Virus record (IMG/VR): IMGVR_UViG_3300044267_005592
Coordinates: 1-61,413 of that record
Length of the DNA: 61,413 nucleotides
Source: a virus
Lineage: Duplodnaviria; Caudoviricetes
Direction: 5' to 3' (one strand)
Made by a program: the position numbers and the translations under genes. Every line of letters starts with the position of its first letter. The first letter of the stretch is position 1. The notes beneath the pieces were generated by a model, which saw only the letters and a program-made list of their open reading frames with translations, did no database searches and was not told the origin of the DNA. Below, in pieces: positions 1 through 7,160 of the stretch.

Positions 1-837
1 GACTGTTAAATTCATCATTAACTGACCTGTTGTAGAGAGTACATCTTTTTTAGATTTATCCTTTACCATATCAATATTTCTGTATGGATTGTTCTTCATA
101 TTTACTGGGTAATATCCACTAAGACCATCAAGTACATCAGTAGGTTTTTTAGCTTTCTGTAAAACTTTTTGAGCTATATCCCATCTTGTATGAGAAGAAT
201 TCTTAGATTGTCCTGAAGTATATCCTGCATTGCCATACTCATATCCATGATTAGTTCTGACATGACCTAATCTCCTATCTAATTCTTTGATAGCAGGTCC
301 TTGTTCTGAAGTCATTTCAATTGCAAAAGATTTAGCTTTACTAGCTACAAATGTATGACCCTTTACACCGACTTCAGCTTCATCCTTTCCAGTAAACTTT
401 ACTATAGATTTTATTGTTTGGTATAGTTTTGGGTACATTAAAGCTCTTCTGATTTTTAGACCATCTTCAGAAGGTCTTCCACCTTTCTTAATCTTTTTCT
501 TTTCTTTCTCATCAGCATCTACCATCAGTGCAGAGTTAATAATTCCTATACCTTTAGAATTCATTCCTTCAGACCAATCAGTATCATCATCTAAAATGTA
601 TACCATTTCTATTTGTCCTACTAATTCTCTTACTACTTTCACTTTAGCAGTATAAGCTCTGTCTCTATTCTTAGCCATTATGACTTTCTTGTCTAGAATG
701 CTGTGAGTTATTATACACTCATTTACACCTTTCTTTTTCTTCTTCTTTTTCTTCTTACTCGGTCCGCCTTTAATAGTACCGTCTGGAAGAGCTAAGTCTA
801 TACCGAATTCTTTTAATATGTCTTTTAGCTTAATCAT
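1..837 (-). CDS. Ntn-hydrolase (Cys nucleophile; C45/NRDE-like) with MIKLKDILKE leader; 3' end runs off the window
   Basis: Not in the ORF track; translated by hand from ATG 837-835, which overlaps the TAA of the upstream gene. Open for 279 codons to base 1: MIKLKDILKE...K9-GVNE-C41IITHS...MAKNRDR...WSEGMNSKGIGIINS...RTNHG. The C...KNRD, EGxNxxG and TNH motifs are typical of Ntn cysteine hydrolases. Confidence 0.7.
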   Translation of the reverse strand, partial: MIKLKDILKEFGIDLALPDGTIKGGPSKKKKKKKKKGVNECIITHSILDKKVIMAKNRDRAYTAKVKVVRELVGQIEMVYILDDDTDWSEGMNSKGIGIINSALMVDADEKEKKKIKKGGRPSEDGLKIRRALMYPKLYQTIKSIVKFTGKDEAEVGVKGHTFVASKAKSFAIEMTSEQGPAIKELDRRLGHVRTNHGYEYGNAGYTSGQSKNSSHTRWDIAQKVLQKAKKPTDVLDGLSGYYPVNMKNNPYRNIDMVKDKSKKDVLSTTGQLMMNLTV

Positions 838-1769
838 TATCTTCCGTACATTCTTTTGACAACTTTTCCACCTTTCTTTAATTTTCTTTCATAATAACCA
901 TCTTCTAAATGTTTTATGAATTTAGGACCTACCATCTTCTCAATCTTCTTCTTGTCCATAACTATTGGAGCACCTTTGGATTTCATTATCTTATCCATCT
1001 TCTTACTTCCTTCTAGAGAATAGCCAGATTTAACCATAGAAACAGCTTTCTTAATTACTAAAGACTTGCTAATTCCTTGTCCATCAGTAGCTAACAATTT
1101 TAATCTCTTACCCCTTGTAAATATAAATGCATCTGGCATAGGGTCTTTATCAACATCGATTAACATTACTACTTCATAACTGCTTCTTAATTCACTTGCA
1201 CTAAAAGCTGATAAATCCAAACCTTCAGAAGAATAAACAGCACTGTAAATTTTAAATAGTACATCCATAATCCTATCATCAATAGAACCTAAAGGTTGTT
1301 TTATCCACTTCTTTTTAGGATGGTCTTTTAAATCATAAGCTTCGTCTAATTTATTTAGGATATCTTTTGATATTTTTATTTTCTTTTTACCAATCTCACC
1401 TCTAACATCTGGAATATCTTCGGCCATTACTGTATCACCTGACATTTCCCATGGTCCCCAATGTCCTTTACTAACCATAAACTTAGCTGCATCTTGGTAT
1501 TTATAGTATTTACATTCACTTGGTTTTATTCTTCCTAATGCATAATAGACTTTCTTTGGTAAAGACCTCTTCTGTCCATTTGAATGGTCTAATACTTTAC
1601 TTCCAACTTCTACCCATGCATGACCAAATCTAATACCATTTAATCTTCCTTGTCCATTTACCATTCCATGTACAAGCTTTCCATTACTAATATATTTCAT
1701 AATAAGTCTACCTGCTGCTTGATAGCAATCACCCATTCCTTCTAGTAATATGTCTTTTAGTTTAATCAC
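837..1769 (-). CDS. Transglutaminase-like Cys-His-Asp domain plus a second (possibly GNAT-like) domain; MIKLKDILLE leader
   Basis: GDCYQAA...GHAWVE...VLD triad pattern in the N-half. The C-half fold is a weak guess. Confidence 0.55.
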   Translation of the reverse strand: MIKLKDILLEGMGDCYQAAGRLIMKYISNGKLVHGMVNGQGRLNGIRFGHAWVEVGSKVLDHSNGQKRSLPKKVYYALGRIKPSECKYYKYQDAAKFMVSKGHWGPWEMSGDTVMAEDIPDVRGEIGKKKIKISKDILNKLDEAYDLKDHPKKKWIKQPLGSIDDRIMDVLFKIYSAVYSSEGLDLSAFSASELRSSYEVVMLIDVDKDPMPDAFIFTRGKRLKLLATDGQGISKSLVIKKAVSMVKSGYSLEGSKKMDKIMKSKGAPIVMDKKKIEKMVGPKFIKHLEDGYYERKLKKGGKVVKRMYGR

Positions 1770-3070
1770 TTTCCACCAACTTTCTTAGCTAAATCTTTAT
1801 CTGCTTTACCCCATGTACCTGGTGATTTTGTAGCAAAAGAATTTACTCTAGCCATTGCCCAAGCGTGTTGTGGAGCTCCTGGTTTGTGTCCAACTTTCCA
1901 AGCTGCAAGACCTCTATCATAAACTTGCTTTAGTATACCTTTTGGCATACCACTTAATTTAGCTTTTTTTTGCAAAGCTGAATCAACTCCAGATTTCTCT
2001 ACTAAATTATTCTTGCCCATTTTCCATACTTCTTTTACAGTCTTCCAAGAATTTTCTCCATACATCTTATCGAATTTATCTGAAAATGATTGTTTCTTTT
2101 TCTTTCCTTCTTTCATAACAATTATCTCCTCTTTTTTGCCATACATTTTATCGAATTTTTTATTAAATTGTGAAGGTTTAGTTTTCCTTCTTTTTAGTTT
2201 GCCACCTTTGCCTTTTACAAAATCAGACCTAAAAGATTTAGGGTCATAAGCTTTTTTTGGAGCATCTTTTGCAGGATATTTCTTACCCCTTTCTATTTCT
2301 TTTTTCCTATCAGTCTTTGCTTTACTACCAATACCCATCATAAAAGTTGTTCTCTCATGGTCTTTAGTAGCATTTTTAGATAAATTCTTTCTCTTATGTT
2401 TCATAACTTTTTTTGAGTTTGGACTAGCTTCAAGAACTGGTTCAGAAGAGTATTTCATTTTCTTAAATAATTCATCTCCTATATCCAAACCTAATTCTGA
2501 ATCAGAAGGGTAGTGAACTTTTGCAATTAATCGACTTCTAGATATTTTATCTCCTATTTCCATAATCTCATTCTCACGTTCTGGGTATAGACTAGAAAGG
2601 TATCTCGAAATAAATCTTCCCTGTATAGAATGTCCTGAAGGATATGCTGGTGTAGTTGCTGTATCAAGAGGTTCATCGTGAAATTTTAATCCTAAAGCTT
2701 TTGCAACTTGATTAGGTCTTGGTCTATTGTAATGGTATTTTAATTTGTAAATTATACCTCTTGTATCATCCAAAAGTTTTTTAACTTCTTCTTTAGGATA
2801 TTTAAGGTCTAAAGCTTTTAAACCATCTTCAAAATACTTTTCAACTTTATCTGCAGCTTTAACATCGACATCAGGAGTTATCCTTTCTAAACTTCTAAGT
2901 TCTTTGAAAGTTTTATTGCTACTATTTTTTGGTGGAGGAGTAGTCATGAAATTTTTTATATTGAAATCTACAAAATTACCACCAACACTTTTCATGTGTT
3001 TCTTGTGCTTAGGTTTAATCTCTTTAGAATAAACTAACTTATCTAAAATCAATTTACTTTTTAATTTCAT
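1766..3070 (-). CDS. PAP2/acid-phosphatase domain, Lys-rich linker and C-terminal viral domain (DUF5824-like)
   Basis: KYHYNRPRP, PSGHS and SRLIAKVHYPSD are the three PAP2 motifs. C-terminal YDRGLAAW...HKPGA...WAMARVNSF. Confidence 0.75.
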   Translation of the reverse strand: MKLKSKLILDKLVYSKEIKPKHKKHMKSVGGNFVDFNIKNFMTTPPPKNSSNKTFKELRSLERITPDVDVKAADKVEKYFEDGLKALDLKYPKEEVKKLLDDTRGIIYKLKYHYNRPRPNQVAKALGLKFHDEPLDTATTPAYPSGHSIQGRFISRYLSSLYPERENEIMEIGDKISRSRLIAKVHYPSDSELGLDIGDELFKKMKYSSEPVLEASPNSKKVMKHKRKNLSKNATKDHERTTFMMGIGSKAKTDRKKEIERGKKYPAKDAPKKAYDPKSFRSDFVKGKGGKLKRRKTKPSQFNKKFDKMYGKKEEIIVMKEGKKKKQSFSDKFDKMYGENSWKTVKEVWKMGKNNLVEKSGVDSALQKKAKLSGMPKGILKQVYDRGLAAWKVGHKPGAPQHAWAMARVNSFATKSPGTWGKADKDLAKKVGGK

Positions 3071-3219
3071 TTTGGCATTACCACTTTTTGTTTTAAGGAT
3101 TTCAATTTCATTCTTAGTGAATCGTTTTCTGGATTCTTTTTAAGCTTTTTTGTTAAATTTGAAATTTCTGTTAGCTTTTTCTTCCAAGCTTTTCTTGTTC
3201 CGTTCTTTCTTCTACTCAT
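3067..3219 (-). CDS. Small basic hypothetical protein
   Basis: Probable start at ATG 3219 (MSRRKNG), which avoids a long overlap with the upstream gene. ATGA overlap with the next gene. Confidence 0.5.
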   Translation of the reverse strand: MSRRKNGTRKAWKKKLTEISNLTKKLKKNPENDSLRMKLKSLKQKVVMPK

Positions 3220-3412
3220 GACTACAGTGCTCGCAATAACATTTTGGCCTAGCTTCTTTCCTTTCAACAACTTTACCTTTAGAATCTTTTATAATCATAT
3301 TAGTTTTATTTACAAGAATATCATCAGTTGTAAGATTCCTTACATGACACTTACAGTGGTCACATATTTCAGTTAGAGTCTGAACTCCATTCTTTATTTG
3401 TAAACGTATCAT
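3212..3412 (-). CDS. Small Cys-rich, probably zinc-binding protein
   Basis: CDHCKC and CYCEHC clusters; translationally coupled overlaps. Confidence 0.55.
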   Translation of the reverse strand: MIRLQIKNGVQTLTEICDHCKCHVRNLTTDDILVNKTNMIIKDSKGKVVERKEARPKCYCEHCSHE

Positions 3413-3720
3413 TTTCTTTTACTGTTTGGTTTGTTTGGTCTATTGTTTGGTTTGTTTGGCCTATTGTTAGGTTTATTTGGTTTATTATTGGGTTTTATTA
3501 TCGTATAATTATACGTGTAATTTGGAGTGCTTACTTTCCACCACCAATAATTATGATAATTTGGGTAGGGTTGATAGTGATATGTTTGGGGAGGATTACA
3601 GCATCTGTGGTCTGATAGGCATGGTTCACCTCTTAGAATCAGTTCACATTGGTTTGGTTCATAAGTTATTGCACAACTTGAAAGCAACACAATTGATAAT
3701 ATGTATAGTATTTGTTTCAC
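3409..3720 (-). CDS. Lipoprotein with Asn/Lys/Pro-repeat tail
   Basis: Signal peptide with lipobox LLSS-C; C-terminal (NNRPNKP)-type repeats. Confidence 0.65.
   Translation of the reverse strand: MKQILYILSIVLLSSCAITYEPNQCELILRGEPCLSDHRCCNPPQTYHYQPYPNYHNYWWWKVSTPNYTYNYTIIKPNNKPNKPNNRPNKPNNRPNKPNSKRK
3421..3495 (-). repeat. Short coding tandem repeat (21-bp unit built from 9/12-bp subunits)
   Basis: tgtttggtttgtttggtctat / tgtttggtttgtttggcctat / tgttaggtttatttggtttat. Confidence 0.8.
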
Positions 3721-4001
3721 TAGAATTGTTCCAATCTATCTATTTTAGCCATTACTGATTTTAATTGTTTTTTATACAACTTATACTTTTTTTCCATCTT
3801 ATCAATCTCTCTAGCATACTTATCAGCAATTGGTCCTCCTTCTGGCTCAGCTTCTTGTTCCATATCTTTATAAGTCAAAGCTAGTCTATTGGCTAAAGAT
3901 TTCATTCCGGACTCAATATCCATACCATCACCTCTTAACTTCTGAAGTGCATCAAATCTCTTCCAAGCAGAAGAAGTTTCTAATATTCTTTTCAGTTTCA
4001 T
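3720..4001 (-). CDS. Hypothetical coiled-coil protein with MKLKRILE leader
   Basis: Shared leader motif; helical composition. Confidence 0.65.
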   Translation of the reverse strand: MKLKRILETSSAWKRFDALQKLRGDGMDIESGMKSLANRLALTYKDMEQEAEPEGGPIADKYAREIDKMEKKYKLYKKQLKSVMAKIDRLEQF

Positions 4002-4370
4002 CTACCATTCTCCCCACGAACCTTGAATATATTTCCAAGCTCTTTCATATCCATTAGAACCAGATGGATGTTGATAATCATATCTAAGTCTTATCAACAT
4101 TACTACACCAGCCAACTGCCTAGCTTGTATTACGATATTTACTTCGAGGTTTATAGATTTAAACATTGGTCCCATTAAGCCTAAAGAAGAAGGCTTGATT
4201 GATACAGTTTTTGTTTCGTCAGTTCTACCTGTTGTCTTATAAGCATTTTTTATTGCTTTAGAAGCCATGGGTCCAAATTGAGTTAAACCAAATTTTTTCA
4301 ATTGGCTCATCATATCTTTTTGAGCTTTTGCCTGGTCTACTGTTTCCGTTATTAAGTTCTTTAGTTTCAT
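4002..4370 (-). CDS. Hypothetical protein with MKLKNLITE leader
   Basis: Probable true start ATG 4370, just after the upstream stop; shared leader motif. Confidence 0.65.
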   Translation of the reverse strand: MKLKNLITETVDQAKAQKDMMSQLKKFGLTQFGPMASKAIKNAYKTTGRTDETKTVSIKPSSLGLMGPMFKSINLEVNIVIQARQLAGVVMLIRLRYDYQHPSGSNGYERAWKYIQGSWGEW

Positions 4371-4371
4371 C

Positions 4372-4584
4372 TTACTTCTTTGCAAATTTTTCTACGCCAC
4401 TTATACCAAAACATCCAAGAACTACCCATACAAATGAATCATATACAAATTCATTTATTACTAAGTCTTGTCCAGTCCATCCTGATACTAAGTCTGCTAT
4501 CATTATTATACACATGATTACAAAAGCTACAAAGCCTACTATAGCTTTTTCGTTCCAATCATTATTATCTTTAAATATATTCAT
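4372..4584 (-). CDS. Small two-TM membrane protein (holin-like)
   Basis: Two hydrophobic segments and a basic C-terminus (EKFAKK); probable start ATG 4584. Confidence 0.55.
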   Translation of the reverse strand: MNIFKDNNDWNEKAIVGFVAFVIMCIIMIADLVSGWTGQDLVINEFVYDSFVWVVLGCFGISGVEKFAKK

Positions 4585-4586
4585 AA

Positions 4587-4829
4587 TTATTCTCCATTCC
4601 AATTATGTACGTGTGGACTAAATATTCTAAAAATGTCTTTAGAATTATCATTACCTATGGTATCTAATCCAATTCTCCAATAACTAATACCTTGTTTAGC
4701 TAAAGGGTCTTTTGATGATACTACGCCTCCAGTACTAGTATTTCCTGTCGATTGTTTGCCTCCAGGAGCAGCTGGTAATCTTGATGTAAGACCTAAATCT
4801 CCCATTACCATACTTAAATCTGGACGCAT
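4587..4829 (-). CDS. Hypothetical protein, paralog of 4832..5203
   Basis: C-terminus QGISYWRIG...FRIFSPHVHNWNGE; AGGAG upstream. Confidence 0.65.
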   Translation of the reverse strand: MRPDLSMVMGDLGLTSRLPAAPGGKQSTGNTSTGGVVSSKDPLAKQGISYWRIGLDTIGNDNSKDIFRIFSPHVHNWNGE

Positions 4830-4831
4830 AT

Positions 4832-5203
4832 TTATTCTCCTTGCCAGTTGTGTACGTGTGGACTAAATATTCTAAATGATGATTTAGCACTTTTAGCACC
4901 AATAGTCCAAAATCCAACTCCTTGTGCACTTAAATCTAATCTATCTCCTGAAGCTACTCCGCCAGAACCACCACCTGCTGATGGAGGAGGTGGAGTACCA
5001 GTAATTCCTGTTGGTAAAGGTATAGATACCGGATTAGGTAAAGGTGGATTTGCTGGTAGTGGAAATGCTACTGGATTAGGTAAAGGTGGATTTGCTGGTA
5101 GTGCAAACTGTACCGGAGTTCTTAATTGTTGTGTTGGTAGTGCCGGTGGAGTTTGTACTCTAGGTAATCTCCCTACTGGTAATCTTCTTAATCCTGATGC
5201 CAT
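4832..5203 (-). CDS. Pro-rich hypothetical protein, paralog of 4587..4829
   Basis: C-terminus QGVGFWTIG...FRIFSPHVHNWQGE; internal LPANPPLPNPV x2; AGGAG at 5210-5214. Confidence 0.65.
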   Translation of the reverse strand: MASGLRRLPVGRLPRVQTPPALPTQQLRTPVQFALPANPPLPNPVAFPLPANPPLPNPVSIPLPTGITGTPPPPSAGGGSGGVASGDRLDLSAQGVGFWTIGAKSAKSSFRIFSPHVHNWQGE

Positions 5204-5223
5204 TTTATTCTCCTTTTTATTAA

Positions 5224-5547
5224 TTAAAATCCTTCCATCAGTATTTCATCAACTTTTTCCTGGACTTCATCCTTAGTTGCTTTCATACTGAAAGATATAT
5301 CGGCTTGAAATCTTTTAATTTCTTCACCTTCATGTAAAATTATTATTGTCGGTACAACAACTATTTCGTATTTTTCACCTGTATCAGTATCTGTAGCTAT
5401 ATCTACCCACTTAATTTTACAATCTGATAGGTCTTCTACCCAATTAACATCGTTAGAAGCATTCCAACCTGCATTGAAATGGATTACTTGTATCTGAGAG
5501 AAAGCTACTCCCGATACCAACAATAATAAATATAATACTTTTTTCAT
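5224..5547 (-). CDS. Secreted thioredoxin-fold protein lacking CxxC
   Basis: Signal peptide; VIHFNAGWNAS at the usual WCxxC position; VPT cis-Pro motif; GEEIKRF. Confidence 0.65.
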   Translation of the reverse strand: MKKVLYLLLLVSGVAFSQIQVIHFNAGWNASNDVNWVEDLSDCKIKWVDIATDTDTGEKYEIVVVPTIIILHEGEEIKRFQADISFSMKATKDEVQEKVDEILMEGF

Positions 5548-5557
5548 ATATAACCCC

Positions 5558-5842
5558 TTATTTTAAATTGTCTATTTTACGTTCTATTCTATCTAAGTCT
5601 TCTTTTAACTCTTCTACATCATCTGCAGTATTTTCGATAGTTAATCGTATATTTTTGTCTTTCATATCAAATTCCATTCTGGTGACATCAGGTGGTAGTG
5701 GTTCTGGTAATAGTTTTGCATCTTCAATATCTGCTTGTAGCATGAACCACATACTAATAACAGTTGCCATTGCAAATCCTATTGCTACTAATGTTTTTAT
5801 ACTAACCTGAAAGCCTGTATCTTCGTTTAATTCTTTTGCCAT
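5558..5842 (-). CDS. Membrane-anchored coiled-coil protein
   Basis: One N-proximal TM helix followed by a heptad-rich C-terminus. Confidence 0.6.
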   Translation of the reverse strand: MAKELNEDTGFQVSIKTLVAIGFAMATVISMWFMLQADIEDAKLLPEPLPPDVTRMEFDMKDKNIRLTIENTADDVEELKEDLDRIERKIDNLK

Positions 5843-5845
5843 AAT

Positions 5846-6100
5846 TTAATCCCAAAATATCATTTTTCCTATTATTCCAAGTATTGCTATCCAAATAGAC
5901 CACAATACTTTTGTTGTATTATTTCTAAATTCTGTATTTCTATTTACTCTAGATATTGTTCCTCCATCTGGATTTAATAAAACTTTTTTAATCATAGTTA
6001 AATCTTCTTGCATCTTCCTTTGTCCATCTTTAACATGATTAAGGTCTTGTTTAACAAGTTTTATTTCATTATGTAAATCTGTATTAGTTAGTCTTGCCAT
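5846..6100 (-). CDS. Coiled-coil protein with C-terminal TM helix (XhlA/holin-like architecture)
   Basis: N-terminal heptads; C-terminal VLWSIWIAILGIIG. Confidence 0.6.
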   Translation of the reverse strand: MARLTNTDLHNEIKLVKQDLNHVKDGQRKMQEDLTMIKKVLLNPDGGTISRVNRNTEFRNNTTKVLWSIWIAILGIIGKMIFWD

Positions 6101-6101
6101 T

Positions 6102-7160
6102 TTAAAATACCTTATAATTCAATCCCAATGAAAAGTTATGCCATTCTCTATTCCAATATTTATTATATTTACCTTCTACAAAAGCTCCTAAGTTCTTATT
6201 GAACCAATATCCAAATATAAGTCCTCCTGAATAATCCAGCCAATTACCACCATTAAAATTGTGATATGAGTATTCCCCTCCATCATCATAGTGATATGGC
6301 ATTAAATTACCCCATGAATGTAACCAAAATTTCTTATCATAATGATAGAAATCAAAGCCTACAATTACTGAATGTTGTAAAGTTCTGCTTAGTTTGTTTC
6401 TTTCACTTTCAACATAATCGTCTAGAACTTGAGGTATAACAACTTCTTCCCATACTTCATTAGATGTTGCAACAACGTTTCCACTAGGGTCTGTGTATGT
6501 ACTAGTAAAAGGGTTTATATTATAATCTTCTTGTAAAGCTAAATAAGTATAGTGTAAATTTCCATTTTCTAATACCCAATCTGCTAAAGGGTCAAATCCA
6601 TAAGGTTCAGCGAATCTTTGTACTGCTCCTACATTTAATGAAAACTTTCTACTTATTTTTTGTCTGTATCTCTGAGTAGATTCAAAGTATTCTATATCTG
6701 CAAAACCGTTAGTATAGTACTCAGCTTTTACTAACCACTTATTAGCCACATATCTTAAAAAGTGATGTTGGTCAAAAAATGTTAATCCTTGTTGTCTTTT
6801 ATACTCTCCTTCGAATAAGAATTCAAAACCAGTCACTTTACCCATTGTTGCTGCATCTGAGAAAGAATTCTCTGTCCCTTTCTTAAAAGCTTCTTTTGGT
6901 AAATATCCAAATCTTGCAATTTTTCTAACTCCAAATTTAATTGAATAGTCGAATGGGGTTTCTATTACATCCTGACTTAATTGTCCTGTTGTGATAGAAT
7001 ATATATCATCATCCGATATTGATGTTCCTCCGTTAACTGCTCCGTAAAAAGTTGAGAATTTAAAAACTTTTTTTACTTCTTTACCCAGATTAAATTTTTT
7101 GTCTTCATTTTGAGACAAACATAATAGGGGAAGTAATAATAAAACTAGAATATTTTTCAT
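6102..7160 (-). CDS. Putative outer-membrane beta-barrel protein
   Basis: Signal peptide, alternating aromatic beta-strands, and C-terminal FSLGLNYKVF ending in Phe (BAM beta-signal pattern). Confidence 0.65.
   Translation of the reverse strand: MKNILVLLLLPLLCLSQNEDKKFNLGKEVKKVFKFSTFYGAVNGGTSISDDDIYSITTGQLSQDVIETPFDYSIKFGVRKIARFGYLPKEAFKKGTENSFSDAATMGKVTGFEFLFEGEYKRQQGLTFFDQHHFLRYVANKWLVKAEYYTNGFADIEYFESTQRYRQKISRKFSLNVGAVQRFAEPYGFDPLADWVLENGNLHYTYLALQEDYNINPFTSTYTDPSGNVVATSNEVWEEVVIPQVLDDYVESERNKLSRTLQHSVIVGFDFYHYDKKFWLHSWGNLMPYHYDDGGEYSYHNFNGGNWLDYSGGLIFGYWFNKNLGAFVEGKYNKYWNREWHNFSLGLNYKVF

Noticed and set aside
4735-4929. Alternative minus-strand ORF spanning the paralog pair
   Set aside because: It overlaps two better-supported genes that have RBSs and a shared conserved C-terminus.
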